From: an uncultured Chloroflexia bacterium
GTDB taxonomy: Bacteria > Chloroflexota > Limnocylindria > Limnocylindrales > CSP1-4
DNA length: 64,000 nucleotides
Assembly (NCBI GenBank): GCA_963833225.1
Contig: CAWHXD010000019.1
Location: 768,001-832,000 of the forward strand
Reading direction: 5' to 3'
Part shown: in pieces, positions 44,463 to 54,230 of the stretch
Position numbering within the stretch: position 1 is the first letter of the stretch
Layout of the letters: every line of letters begins with the position of its first letter
The notes under the pieces: generated by a model
What the model was told of the DNA's origin: nothing
Databases searched by the model: none
Seen by the model: only the letters and a program-made list of their open reading frames with translations
Translations under genes and position numbers: made by a program

Positions 44463-45791
44463 CCCGCGAAGCCCCGACCGGCGCGGGGGCGGCGGCCCGG
44501 AACGTGAGCCTGGTGGCCCGCCGCGAGTACGCGGAGCGGGTGAAGTCGAAGGCGTTCCTGGTGTCCACGATCCTCATGGCTGGCCTGGCGGCATCCCTCG
44601 CGTTGATCCCGCTTGCCGTACGGGTCGTGGACCGGGCAACCGTGACCCGGATCGTGGTCGCGGCCGACGAGCCGGGCCTCGCGGCCCGGGCCATCGGCGT
44701 GATGGACGGGTTCCTCAATGCCCAGCTGGACGGATCGGGATCCGCGGACAACACGTTCGAGTTCGTCCCCGCGGCCGACCCGGCGAGCGCCGTCCGGGAG
44801 GTCAGGGACGGTGCGTCGGCCGGGGCGGTGCTGATCGAACGAGCGACCTCGGGTGGTCTGGACTTCCGGGTCGTGACGGTGGGGGCGCTCGGCCAGGACA
44901 AGGCCCAGATCCTGCAGATCGGCGCATTCGCCGTCGGCGTCCTCGACTGGACGGCATCCGCGCCGCCATCGCAGACGCCCTTCGTCCAGCCCACCTTCGC
45001 CGTGGTCGACGCCGGGGCGACCGCCGAAGGAGGCGGCGGCGTGCACGACCATCGACACCGCCGAGTACGCCAGCCGGAGGATCGTCGGGATCGTGTTCGT
45101 GGTGCTCTCGTTCCTGACGCTCGTGTTCTACGGGCTGTGGGTCGCCTCCGGGGTCGTGGCCGAGAAGGCGAGCCGGGTCATGGAGCTCCTCATCTCCGCC
45201 GCGACCGCGCCCCAGCTCGTGGTCGGCAAGATCGTGGGCATCGGCCTTGCGGGGCTCACCCAGGTCCTGCTGGTCCTGGTGCCGGCGATCGCGATGGTGG
45301 TGTTCTCCGGGCAGATCGGGAATGCCGTGCTGGGCGAGGATCCCGCCGCCGCGACGTCGCTCTCGGGGCTGTCGCCGGGGCTCGTCCTCGCCTTCCTCGT
45401 CTACTTCGTGCTCGGGTTCGCGCTCTACGCGTCGATGTACGCCGCCGCCGGCTCGATGCTTTCCCGCGCCGAGGACCTGCAGATCGTCGCCCTGCCGCTG
45501 TCCATTCCGGCCATCATGGGCTACCTCCCCGCCGTCCTGGCGCTGTCGGGCAGCTCCGCGGGCTTCATCCGCTTCGCGTCGTTCGTGCCGTTGTGGAGCC
45601 CCTTCGTGATGATGTCCCGCCTCGCGATCGGGCGCGTGGAGCCCTGGGAGCTGGCGTTGAGCCTGGGCCTGATGCTGGTCACCGTGCCGCTGGTCACGCT
45701 GCTGGCCATCCGCGTCTACCGGGCCGGCGTCCTGCTCTACGGCCAGCCGCCCACGCTGCGCACCTTCGTGCAGGCGGTTCGCGGGAGCTGA
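44459..45791 (+). CDS. ABC-2 exporter permease (NatB/YhaP-like); frameshift near 45040
   Basis: VARREYAERVKSKAF; VAEKASRVMELLIS, GKIVG, SFVPLWSPFVM, RVYRAGVLLYG in shifted frame. Confidence 0.88.
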
Positions 45792-45972
45792 CCGGCCACC
45801 GCCATGGCGGAACACGAGGGCCGAATGTCGCGCAATTGACGTGTCTTCCAGCCCTGCCGGGGGGGGGCCGTCAAGCGCATATGGTCCGGGCGAGCGGCCG
45901 AGGGCTGAGACGCGGCAACGGGTGGTCCCGTCTCCATAGCCGCAAGCTGATGGCAAGGTTGGGGGGAGACCG

Positions 45973-46671
45973 GTGCGGTTTCGAACGCGAACGCTGACCG
46001 TGGCGGTCCTCGCGGTCGCGGTCTTTGGCTTCACTGCCGGCCCCGCCCAGGCAAATCTGCTCTCTGTGCCTAACCCCCTGTGGTTCTGGGATGGCAACGA
46101 CGACGGCGTCCCCAGCGGACCGCCGGATTTCGACTCCAAGGGGCCCTACTGGTCGGCAAGCCACCTCAACCGGCTGAACGAGGCGACTGCTGAGTGGCGA
46201 ACGAAGACGTCGTTCAACCCCGGCGTCGCCGATGGCACCGGTCACAACATCTACGTTGACGGTCGTCTGCCACCCACAGACTGCAGCTTCCCGGGCTGGG
46301 TCCAGGGCGGCGGGCTGGTGCTCGCCGTCACCTGCAAGCACTATCAAGAACGCACCTTCCCAGCTCGGCACTGGTATCGGCTGATCGACGACGACATCTT
46401 CTTCAACATGGAGGTGAGCACGTCGCCAGACTGGTGGGTGGGCGCCGCAAAACCGGCCGAGACGACTCGCTTTGATTTCGGCGGCGTCCTCACCCACGAA
46501 CTGGGGCACACCGTGCGCTTGGTCCACGTCTACGACCCAGCCGACAACTGCGTAGAGGGAGCGAGGACCTGGATCACCATGTGCCCGTACACCCCTGCGG
46601 ATGACAACGACACTTACTGGAGCCGTTTGCTCCATGCGGACGACATCAGCGGCGCCAACTACGTGTACTGA
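45973..46671 (+). CDS. secreted metzincin (matrixin-like) zinc metalloprotease
   Basis: Signal peptide ending AQA; HELGHTVRLVH zinc motif; Met-turn ITMCPY; LHADDISG. Confidence 0.8.
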   Translation: MRFRTRTLTVAVLAVAVFGFTAGPAQANLLSVPNPLWFWDGNDDGVPSGPPDFDSKGPYWSASHLNRLNEATAEWRTKTSFNPGVADGTGHNIYVDGRLPPTDCSFPGWVQGGGLVLAVTCKHYQERTFPARHWYRLIDDDIFFNMEVSTSPDWWVGAAKPAETTRFDFGGVLTHELGHTVRLVHVYDPADNCVEGARTWITMCPYTPADDNDTYWSRLLHADDISGANYVY

Positions 46672-46686
46672 CCAGGGGGTTCGGCT

Positions 46687-47286
46687 GTGAAGCTCGTGAG
46701 CGATACTGCTCGACTTGTGACGTTCATGCTCGTCGGGGTTGCCTTCCTCGGGATCGTTGCACTCCGGACTTCGAGTACGCCAGGGGCGATCGTGGTTCCC
46801 GCGGCGGCCACTGCGCAACGTGTCGAGGACGCCGTGGCCGCGGGCACGGCTTCCCCTGGGCTGTTCTCCGTCAACGTTGTTCCCGACGCCGAACAGGCTG
46901 CGCGTGAGGTCCTGCGGGACCGGTACGGCGTCACCTGCTACGCCCAGACCGATGTGGAGTGGGTCCCTCTCCCTGGTGGCGTCGACGAGCTCAAAGGCAA
47001 GGCGGACGCTGCCCACCTGGCGGGGCCGGGATGGATCTCCAAGGGGATCTGGCTGGGTGCGCGCCCCGACGCTGCACGGGCGTTCGGAGCCACCGACGTG
47101 TTCGCCGACTCGGCCCTCGTCTGGATCGTGGCCCCGAAGGGCGCCCAGGGTGTCGCCCTTCACCTGCAGAGCTCGAAGCTCGATGACGCCCGCACGGTCT
47201 GGTTCACGCTCGACCAGATTGCGCCGTGCCTCTCCGAAGACCCGCACTACGACGAACTCGAGTCACCGGTCTATCCAGCCGACTGA
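46687..47286 (+). CDS. hypothetical membrane-anchored/secreted protein
   Basis: N-terminal hydrophobic helix; 15 bp after the protease; atypical codon usage. Confidence 0.65.
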   Translation: MKLVSDTARLVTFMLVGVAFLGIVALRTSSTPGAIVVPAAATAQRVEDAVAAGTASPGLFSVNVVPDAEQAAREVLRDRYGVTCYAQTDVEWVPLPGGVDELKGKADAAHLAGPGWISKGIWLGARPDAARAFGATDVFADSALVWIVAPKGAQGVALHLQSSKLDDARTVWFTLDQIAPCLSEDPHYDELESPVYPAD

Positions 47287-47664
47287 CCACCTGCGGTCCG
47301 CTGGACAGTGGCGGGCGCATCGGTGCGCTCCGCCTCGTCTGATGAGCCAGGGCGTCGGCATGCGGCGGGGCTGGACGTCCCAGCGAGCGGGAAGCCGGCG
47401 TCGGCTACGGAGTTCGCATCGGGCGGGGCTTGGTGCTCGTGGCAACGAGCCATGGGGCAGCACGCTGACCGCCCGGGGTCGGGACCTCGGCGCGCGGGCG
47501 TGGATCTCGACGGGCAAGTCTCCAGCGACTCACTCGCCTGAGCACCACGAGGAGCTCGCGTCAGGGTCCCCGCACGGGCGCGTGACAAGCTCCGAACGGC
47601 GGTCGCTCACCCCAGTCATAGGTGACTTGCGGCACCGCCCCGTAGTGGCACGGGGCGCCGCGGT

Positions 47665-48426
47665 CTATGCGTCGGGATCGTCGGGGAATGGGAGGCGCCG
47701 GAACATCGCCAGCACCGGTGCGGTGGCCGGCGCGGCCCCGGCCCCGGCCTCACCGTCGGGGACCTCCTCGGACGCCGCCGGCAGCGCCTCACCCGGCGCC
47801 GAGGCCGCGATCGACCGCCACAGCGTGCTCCGGACCCCGGGCAGGTACGGCGACGCGCTCCGGCGCGCGAGGATCCCGGCGATCCCCTGGGTGGACACGG
47901 CCGCGTGCAGCGCGAGGCCCTCCCCGCTGATCGCCGGCACCATGACCACCTCGTCGCCGGGTCGCAGCACCTTGCGCAGCGCGGCCCGTCGCTTGTCCAG
48001 CGGCTGACCGAGGAGCCACCGGCCGTCAAGGTGGAGCAGGTCGAACACGAGCAGCGCGACCGGTCGCCCGGGCTGCCCCGACAGCCGTCGACGGAGCGCC
48101 TCGTCGTCGGCGTGACCCCGGGCGTCAACCACCACGAGCTCGCCGTCGAGCACGCCGGATCGGGCGGCCACGCGGACCGCAAGCCCCGCGAGCTCCGGCA
48201 GGACCGCCTCGTACGAGGCCCCACGGGCATCCACGATCCGGACCTCGCCGCCGCCCGCCGCCGCTCCGGGCTCGATGAACACGAGCACGCGGTGTCCGCC
48301 CCAGGTGGGCTCGAACAGCCAGTCGGCGGAGTCGAACGGCTCTGGGCGGGGGGTGGGCCACATCGGCGCCACGTCGCCCGGCCGGGGGATCGCCGGCTCG
48401 AGCTGGAAGGAGAGCTGCTCGGCCAT
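47665..48426 (-). CDS. ATP-dependent DNA ligase adenylation-domain homologue, catalytically degenerate, no OB domain
   Basis: WLFEPTWGGHR, VLDGELV, VFDLL, PLDKRRAAL, SPYLPGVRS..W match LigC/LigD layout, but catalytic Lys is Thr. Confidence 0.8.
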   Translation of the reverse strand: MAEQLSFQLEPAIPRPGDVAPMWPTPRPEPFDSADWLFEPTWGGHRVLVFIEPGAAAGGGEVRIVDARGASYEAVLPELAGLAVRVAARSGVLDGELVVVDARGHADDEALRRRLSGQPGRPVALLVFDLLHLDGRWLLGQPLDKRRAALRKVLRPGDEVVMVPAISGEGLALHAAVSTQGIAGILARRSASPYLPGVRSTLWRSIAASAPGEALPAASEEVPDGEAGAGAAPATAPVLAMFRRLPFPDDPDA

Positions 48427-48506
48427 CGCAGGCCGATGGTAGCCCCTCGCCCAGCGATAAACTGGCGCCAACCCAGGCGTCGCGTGCTCGCGCCGCCGAT
48501 CCGCCC

Positions 48507-50675
48507 GTGCTCCCGGAGGGCTCCGTGCGTCGACCCGCGCAACCTGACGATCTCTGCCGGCTCCACGTCCCGACCGACCCCCGCGTGTCCCCGGACGGGC
48601 GCCATGTCGTCTTCACGGTCAAACGCAGCGCCGTCGGCCGCGATGGGTATCGCCAGTCCATCTGGCTCGCGCCGGTCGATGGGCCCCGCGCGGCCCGGCA
48701 GCTGACCATCGGCCACAAGACGGACCGCCATGCCCGCTTCTCGCCGGATGGCGCGACGCTCGCCTTCATCAGCGACCGGCGCCTCCACGTGGAGGACGAG
48801 CCGGACCGCCCGGCCGACCCCAAGGACCGTGAGGACTGCGACCAAATCTTCCTGCTGCCCCTCGACGGCGGCGAAGCTCGACGCCTGACGGACCTGCCAC
48901 GGAGCGTGGACGCGTTCGCCTGGTCGCCGGACGGGACCCGGATCGCCATCCTCACCAGCTCGCTGGGCGCGACGGAGGCAGAGGATCGCCGCGTGCGCGG
49001 TCGCCCGGTCAAGCCCAAGGCGGGCGGGCACCCGCTGTCCGACTACCGGTATCTCGATCGTCTCGGGTACCAGCACAACGGCACCGGGTTCATCGATGAC
49101 CGCGAGGCGCACCTGTGGCTCGTGGATGCCACGACCGGGGCGGCGAGCCCGCTCGTCGCCGGTCGGGCGGCGGAGACGCACCCGGCCTGGTCGCCGGACG
49201 GGGCCCGGATCGCCTTCGCCGCGAACCGCCACCGCGATCCGGACCTCGCCGAACGTTCCGGCCTGTACGTGGTGGACGTGGTGACGCGCGAGGTCCGCAC
49301 GGTCGCCGACGGCGACGGCGTCTTCGTGCATCCGGTCTGGACGCACGACGGGGCAGCGATCCTGGCCCTGGGCGATCGGCACCCGCGCGCGGGCTATCGA
49401 ACCGGGATCTGGCGATTCGCGGCGGACGGCACGGACGCGGGCCCCGGCGGCGGCACGGACCTCCTCGCGGGCAGCGAGCTCAAGCCCGATGCCGGCATGA
49501 ACAGCGACGTGGCGGTCGGCGAGGAACCGCGCCTGGCCCTGTCCGCCGACGGCGCGCATGCGCTGTTCACCGCACCCGTGGACGGGTCGAACGAGCTGTG
49601 GCGGGTGGCGATCGACGGCAGTCGCCCGCCGGAGCGCCTGACCGAGGGCCGCCAGCACCTCTCGGGCTGGGACGCGGCGCCGGCATCGGTCGCTGCCGGG
49701 GCCGCGGCTGGAACCCGTGGCGATGTCGTCGCCGCCGTGCGCTCCACCGCCACGGCGTTTCCGGAGGTCGTGGCGATCGGCGTGCCGGCGCGGGGCCGGG
49801 CGGACGTGCCCCGGCCGCTCACGCACCTCAACGACGACCTGGCGGCCGAGCTCTCGCTCATCGAACCCGTCGAGCGCCGCTGGCAGAGCGACGGCCTCGA
49901 GATCCAGGGCTGGCTGTACCTGGGCGGCGAGGGGAAGCGCCCGCTGGTGCTCGAGATCCACGGCGGACCACACACGCTCTACGGCTGGGCGCCGATGCTG
50001 GAGTTCCAGGTCCTCGCGGGCGCCGGGATCTCCGTGCTCGCCTCCAACCCGCGCGGCTCGGAGGGCTACGGCGAGGCCTTCAATCGCGCCAACATCGGCG
50101 ATTGGGGCGACGGGCCGATGGCGGACGTGATGGCCGGGGTGGACCAGGCGATCGGTGACGGCCTGGCCGATCCCGGGCGCCTGGGCGTGACCGGCGGCTC
50201 GTACGGCGGCTACCTCACCAACTGGATCGTCGGTCACACGGACCGGTTCCGGGCGGCGCTGACCGCTCGCTCGGTCGTGGACATGCGGACGCTGTTCCTC
50301 ACCGGCGACATCTCTGGCGGCGAGTGGGCGCTGGCCGAGTTCGGGCGGTACCCGTGGGAGGATCCCGACTACTTCGACGAGATGTCACCGCTCTCCTACG
50401 CCGCGAACATCCGGACGCCGCTGCTCATCCAGCACAGCGAGCGCGACATCCGCACCACGGTCGGCCAGGCCGAGGCGCTGTTCACGGTCCTGCGCTCGCT
50501 GCGCCGGCCGGTCCGGTTCATGCGCGTGCCGGAGGAGAGCCACGAGCTCACCCGGGGCGGGACCCCGTTCCGGCGCTCGGAGAACCTGGTCCAGGTCCGC
50601 GACTGGTTCGTTCACTATCTCGTCGATGGCCGGCGGCGGCTGCCGCCCAAGCCGCGCAACCGCGCGGGCAGGTAG
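48507..50675 (+). CDS. S9 family peptidase (acylaminoacyl peptidase-like; start may be 48525)
   Basis: SPDG propeller repeats; IHGGPH, NPRGS, GGSYGG, HSERD, EESH. Confidence 0.93.
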   Translation: MLPEGSVRRPAQPDDLCRLHVPTDPRVSPDGRHVVFTVKRSAVGRDGYRQSIWLAPVDGPRAARQLTIGHKTDRHARFSPDGATLAFISDRRLHVEDEPDRPADPKDREDCDQIFLLPLDGGEARRLTDLPRSVDAFAWSPDGTRIAILTSSLGATEAEDRRVRGRPVKPKAGGHPLSDYRYLDRLGYQHNGTGFIDDREAHLWLVDATTGAASPLVAGRAAETHPAWSPDGARIAFAANRHRDPDLAERSGLYVVDVVTREVRTVADGDGVFVHPVWTHDGAAILALGDRHPRAGYRTGIWRFAADGTDAGPGGGTDLLAGSELKPDAGMNSDVAVGEEPRLALSADGAHALFTAPVDGSNELWRVAIDGSRPPERLTEGRQHLSGWDAAPASVAAGAAAGTRGDVVAAVRSTATAFPEVVAIGVPARGRADVPRPLTHLNDDLAAELSLIEPVERRWQSDGLEIQGWLYLGGEGKRPLVLEIHGGPHTLYGWAPMLEFQVLAGAGISVLASNPRGSEGYGEAFNRANIGDWGDGPMADVMAGVDQAIGDGLADPGRLGVTGGSYGGYLTNWIVGHTDRFRAALTARSVVDMRTLFLTGDISGGEWALAEFGRYPWEDPDYFDEMSPLSYAANIRTPLLIQHSERDIRTTVGQAEALFTVLRSLRRPVRFMRVPEESHELTRGGTPFRRSENLVQVRDWFVHYLVDGRRRLPPKPRNRAGR

Positions 50676-50693
50676 GGGATCGTGGGGAGGCAG

Positions 50694-51782
50694 ATGGAGC
50701 ATCGCGGGGGGCTGCCCTTCCTCGTGGTCGAGGGCTTGCACCGGGAGGTCGGGCGGCAGATCGGGGTGGCCTGCGCGGACGTGCTGCGCGAGGCGGTCGC
50801 GTTCGATGCCGATCTTCCGGCCGGGCGGTCCCGCGACGAGCAGCTGGCCCTCGCCGAGCGCTACCGGGACGCGACGCTCGCGGCAACGCCGTGGCTGGTG
50901 GATGAGATCGACGGAGCGGCCGAGGGCGCGGGCGTTGATCCGCGGGCGCTGTTCGCCGCCTCGGTCGAGGAGATCTGGACCGTGCGGCCCTCGCAGGCCA
51001 CGGCCGGCGCAACCGTGGACGGACGCTGCAGCGACCTCGTCGCAGTCCCGCCCGCCACGCCCGACGGCCACGTCTGGGTCGCCCACACCAACGACCTGTC
51101 GCCCGCGTCGGAGGCATCCGTCATCGCGATCGAGTGGCGGGTGCCCGGGGAGCCCGTGGTGCTGTCGCTGGGGATCGGCCCGTGGATCAGCGTGGGCTGG
51201 AACGATGCCGGCCTGTCGCTGACCGGGAACGAGCTGGCGCCGAACGACGAGCGGGTCGGCGTTCCGCGGCTGCTGATGGTCCGCGAACAGCTCACGGCCC
51301 GGACGCTCGACGAGGCCGTGGCGATGACCCTGCGCCCGGATCGCGCCTCCTCGTACAACACGGTGCTCGCGCATCGTGACGGGCGCGTGATCGACGTGGA
51401 AGGCTCCGCGACGGACGCGGAGCTGACGATCCCGACCGCCGCCGGAACGCTCGCCCATACCAACCACTACGCGTGCGACCGGATGCTCCGCTACGAGGGG
51501 GACCCGGCCTACGCAACGCGGTCCGCAGTGCGCCTCGGACGTGCGCTGGAGCTCCTTGACGGCCCTGATGGCATCGGCCCGGCGCCCGGCTCGATCGGTC
51601 CCGACCAGCTGGCCGCGTTTCTCGCCGACCACGCCACGAGCCCGTCGATCTGCCGCCATGACGATGGCCAGGGGACATCGGTGACCGCGTTCTGGTGTCT
51701 CGCCGACGTCACCGCGGGCCGGATCGCCTACGGGCGTGGACCCCGCTGCCGCGGCGAAGAGGCCGTGTACCGGTTCGCCTGA
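50694..51782 (+). CDS. C45 family autoproteolytic acyltransferase/peptidase (Ntn hydrolase)
   Basis: GRCSD nucleophile, AHTND, GWNDAGL, HTNHY, ICRH; GGGAGG RBS. Confidence 0.88.
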   Translation: MEHRGGLPFLVVEGLHREVGRQIGVACADVLREAVAFDADLPAGRSRDEQLALAERYRDATLAATPWLVDEIDGAAEGAGVDPRALFAASVEEIWTVRPSQATAGATVDGRCSDLVAVPPATPDGHVWVAHTNDLSPASEASVIAIEWRVPGEPVVLSLGIGPWISVGWNDAGLSLTGNELAPNDERVGVPRLLMVREQLTARTLDEAVAMTLRPDRASSYNTVLAHRDGRVIDVEGSATDAELTIPTAAGTLAHTNHYACDRMLRYEGDPAYATRSAVRLGRALELLDGPDGIGPAPGSIGPDQLAAFLADHATSPSICRHDDGQGTSVTAFWCLADVTAGRIAYGRGPRCRGEEAVYRFA

Positions 51783-51804
51783 GGCGATCAGGTCGCGCAC
51801 TGCG

Positions 51805-51821
51805 TTGTGCAGAGTGCACAA
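51805..51821. promoter_or_regulatory. perfect palindrome upstream of antiporter-fragment/amt unit
   Basis: TTGTGCA-GAG-TGCACAA in an AT-richer intergenic region. Confidence 0.5.
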
Positions 51822-52003
51822 GATTCGTGGGTCATGACCCCGGCGAGGGGTGAGTTGCCCCGATATCACCCGTATCGCATCGTTCAATACGCCCAAGAAT
51901 CGCCATGATCGCAACCATCCGGGTACCGATCGTCGAGCCGATCGCCCGGTAGGGTCCGCACCCAGAGGCTCCCGACGTGCGGGGGTCCGGTGCGGAGGCG
52001 GGC

Positions 52004-52669
52004 GTGGTGGACCTGATCCTGCCCCTGGCGATCGTCCTGCGGCTGCTTCCCTCGCGACTCCACCGGGTCCTCGACGGGCTCCACGTCCGGGGTGGCGGTG
52101 GGCTTGCCGCCGCGTTCGGGTTCGTGCTGCTGATCGCCTGGGCGTTCGAGCGGTTCGGTGGCCTCGCCGGGATCACCGGTGCCTATGTGGCGGGTCTGGC
52201 CCTCGCCGGCTCGCCGCTCGCGGAGAAGGTGAAGGACGGCCTGGTCCGGGCGGGAGAGGCCCTGTGCGTACCCGTGTTCTTCGCCGCCATCGGGCTCGCC
52301 GCGGACCTCCGGGCCGTGCCGCCCGTCCTCCCGCTGGCCCTCGCGCTGCTGGGCGTGGCGATCCTGGGCAAGGTCCTGGGCTCCGGTCTCGGAGCCCGGC
52401 TCGGCGGGCTCTCGACCGCGGACTCCGGTCTCGTCGGGCTCGGCATGGTCGGCCGCGGCGAGGTCGCGCTCGTGGCCGCGACCGTGGGCCTGCACGCCGG
52501 GGCGATCGACCAGGGCGTGTACGCCGCGGTGGTCCTGCTCGCGGTGGCGACGACGGTCATCGCGCCTATCGGTGTCACCGCCTGGAGTCGGGGGATCCGG
52601 GTGCCGGCGCTGTGGGGTCCGGTGACGGCGCTCCTGCCGGTCCGCGTGGCCCCGGTCGACCGGGAATGA
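52004..52669 (+). CDS. cation:proton antiporter, C-terminal half only
   Basis: GAYVAGL, PVFFAAIG, GKVLG, GMVGRGEVAL, ATTVIAP; GGAGG RBS; no N-terminal half upstream. Confidence 0.7.
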   Translation: MVDLILPLAIVLRLLPSRLHRVLDGLHVRGGGGLAAAFGFVLLIAWAFERFGGLAGITGAYVAGLALAGSPLAEKVKDGLVRAGEALCVPVFFAAIGLAADLRAVPPVLPLALALLGVAILGKVLGSGLGARLGGLSTADSGLVGLGMVGRGEVALVAATVGLHAGAIDQGVYAAVVLLAVATTVIAPIGVTAWSRGIRVPALWGPVTALLPVRVAPVDRE

Positions 52670-52785
52670 ACCACGGCCGGTCCGCCCTGGCCGGCCCCAT
52701 CCACCGCACGCGGCCCCGGAGGCGGCCGCGGTGCCCAACCACGAGACGACATCGCCGCATTCAAGCGATAGGGAGGATGAATCGG

Positions 52786-54144
52786 ATGACAAGACGACGC
52801 CTGCTCGTTGGCAGCCTGGCCGTCGCGGCCCTCATGGGTCCGCTCGCGGCCACCGCCCTCGCCGCCGACGGCGAGGCAACCATCGGCGACCTCACCAAGG
52901 CCATCGACGGCGTGTGGGTGATCCTCGCCGGCGCCCTCGTGTTCCTGATGCAGGCGGGCTTCGCGCTCGTCGAGGCCGGGTTCACGCGGGCCAAGAACAC
53001 CGCCAACATCGCCATGAAGAACTTCATGGACTTCTCCGTCGGGGCCCTCTTCTACTGGGCCATCGGCTTCGGGCTCGCGTATGGCGGCTCCACGCTGGGC
53101 GGCTTCGTCGCCTACGGCGGGATCGGGGACGCGTTCTTCCTGAGCGACCCCACACAGAGCACGAGCTGGTTCTTCCAGGTCGTGTTCGCGGCCACCGCGG
53201 CGACCATCGTGTCGGGCGCGATGGCCGAGCGCACCAAGTTCTCTTCGTACCTCATGTACACGGTGTTCATCTCGGGCTTCATCTACCCGATCGTGAGCCA
53301 CTGGGCCTGGGGCGGCGGCTTCCTCGCCGACCTCGGCTACGTGGACTTCGCAGGCTCGGGCGTGGTGCACCTCGTCGGTGGCGTCGCGGCCCTCGCCGGC
53401 GTCCTGGCGATCGGACCGCGCATCGGCAAGTACGACGCGAACGGCAAGTCCAACCCGATCCCCGGTCACTCGCTGCTGCTGGCCACGACCGGCGTGTTCC
53501 TGCTCTGGTTCGGCTGGTACGGATTCAACGGCGGCTCGACCCTCGCGGCCGTGGGTGCCGACTTCTCGTCGGTCGTGGTCACGACCACCCTCGCCGCGGC
53601 CGCCGGTGGCACGGCCGCGATGTTCGCGGCCTGGGCGAACCCGGCGTACGGCCGGCCCGACCCGGGCATGACCCTCAACGGCGCGCTCGCGGGCCTGGTG
53701 GGGATCACCGCCGGCTGCGCCACGGTGGACAACGTGGGCGCCGTGATCATCGGCCTGGTCGCGGGCGTGATCGTGGTGTTCTCCGTCCTGATCGTCGACC
53801 GGCTCAGGATCGACGACCCGGTCGGCGCGATCTCGGTGCACGGCGTGTGCGGGGCGTGGGGCCTGATCGCCGTCGGCCTGCTGGACACCGTGAACGGCAA
53901 GGGCGTGATCGCGGGCGGTGGCGTTGACCAGCTCGTCGCGCAGCTGATCGGCATCGTCGCCATCGTCGGCTGGACCTTCGTCACCTCGTCCGCGGTGTTC
54001 TGGGCGATCCGGCTCACCGTGGGCCTGCGGGTCTCGGCCGCCGACGAGATCGCGGGACTGGACCGAATCGAGCACGGGGCGGTGGCCTACCCGGAGTTCA
54101 TGGAGCAGATCGCGGACCCGGAGGTGCTGGACCCGGTCGCCTGA
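52786..54144 (+). CDS. amtB: ammonium transporter
   Basis: MQAGFALVEAG, SGAMAER, DFAGSGVVH, LWFGWYGFNGGS, GLVGITAG, DDPVGAISVHG. Confidence 0.96.
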   Translation: MTRRRLLVGSLAVAALMGPLAATALAADGEATIGDLTKAIDGVWVILAGALVFLMQAGFALVEAGFTRAKNTANIAMKNFMDFSVGALFYWAIGFGLAYGGSTLGGFVAYGGIGDAFFLSDPTQSTSWFFQVVFAATAATIVSGAMAERTKFSSYLMYTVFISGFIYPIVSHWAWGGGFLADLGYVDFAGSGVVHLVGGVAALAGVLAIGPRIGKYDANGKSNPIPGHSLLLATTGVFLLWFGWYGFNGGSTLAAVGADFSSVVVTTTLAAAAGGTAAMFAAWANPAYGRPDPGMTLNGALAGLVGITAGCATVDNVGAVIIGLVAGVIVVFSVLIVDRLRIDDPVGAISVHGVCGAWGLIAVGLLDTVNGKGVIAGGGVDQLVAQLIGIVAIVGWTFVTSSAVFWAIRLTVGLRVSAADEIAGLDRIEHGAVAYPEFMEQIADPEVLDPVA

Positions 54145-54166
54145 GCTCCACTGTTCCCAGCGCGTC

Positions 54167-54200
54167 AAGCGGCCCCCGCCCGACTGGGCGGGGGCCGCTT
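54167..54200. terminator. bidirectional terminator hairpin
   Basis: AAGCGGCCCCCGCCC-GACT-GGGCGGGGGCCGCTT perfect 15-bp stem between convergent genes. Confidence 0.85.
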
Positions 54201-54230
54201 CGTGTCCGGGTGCGGAGCGTGCCGCGCCGG

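Noticed and set aside
47360-47660. Possible small gene or RNA after the protease island
   Set aside because: No supportable ORF or known RNA motif
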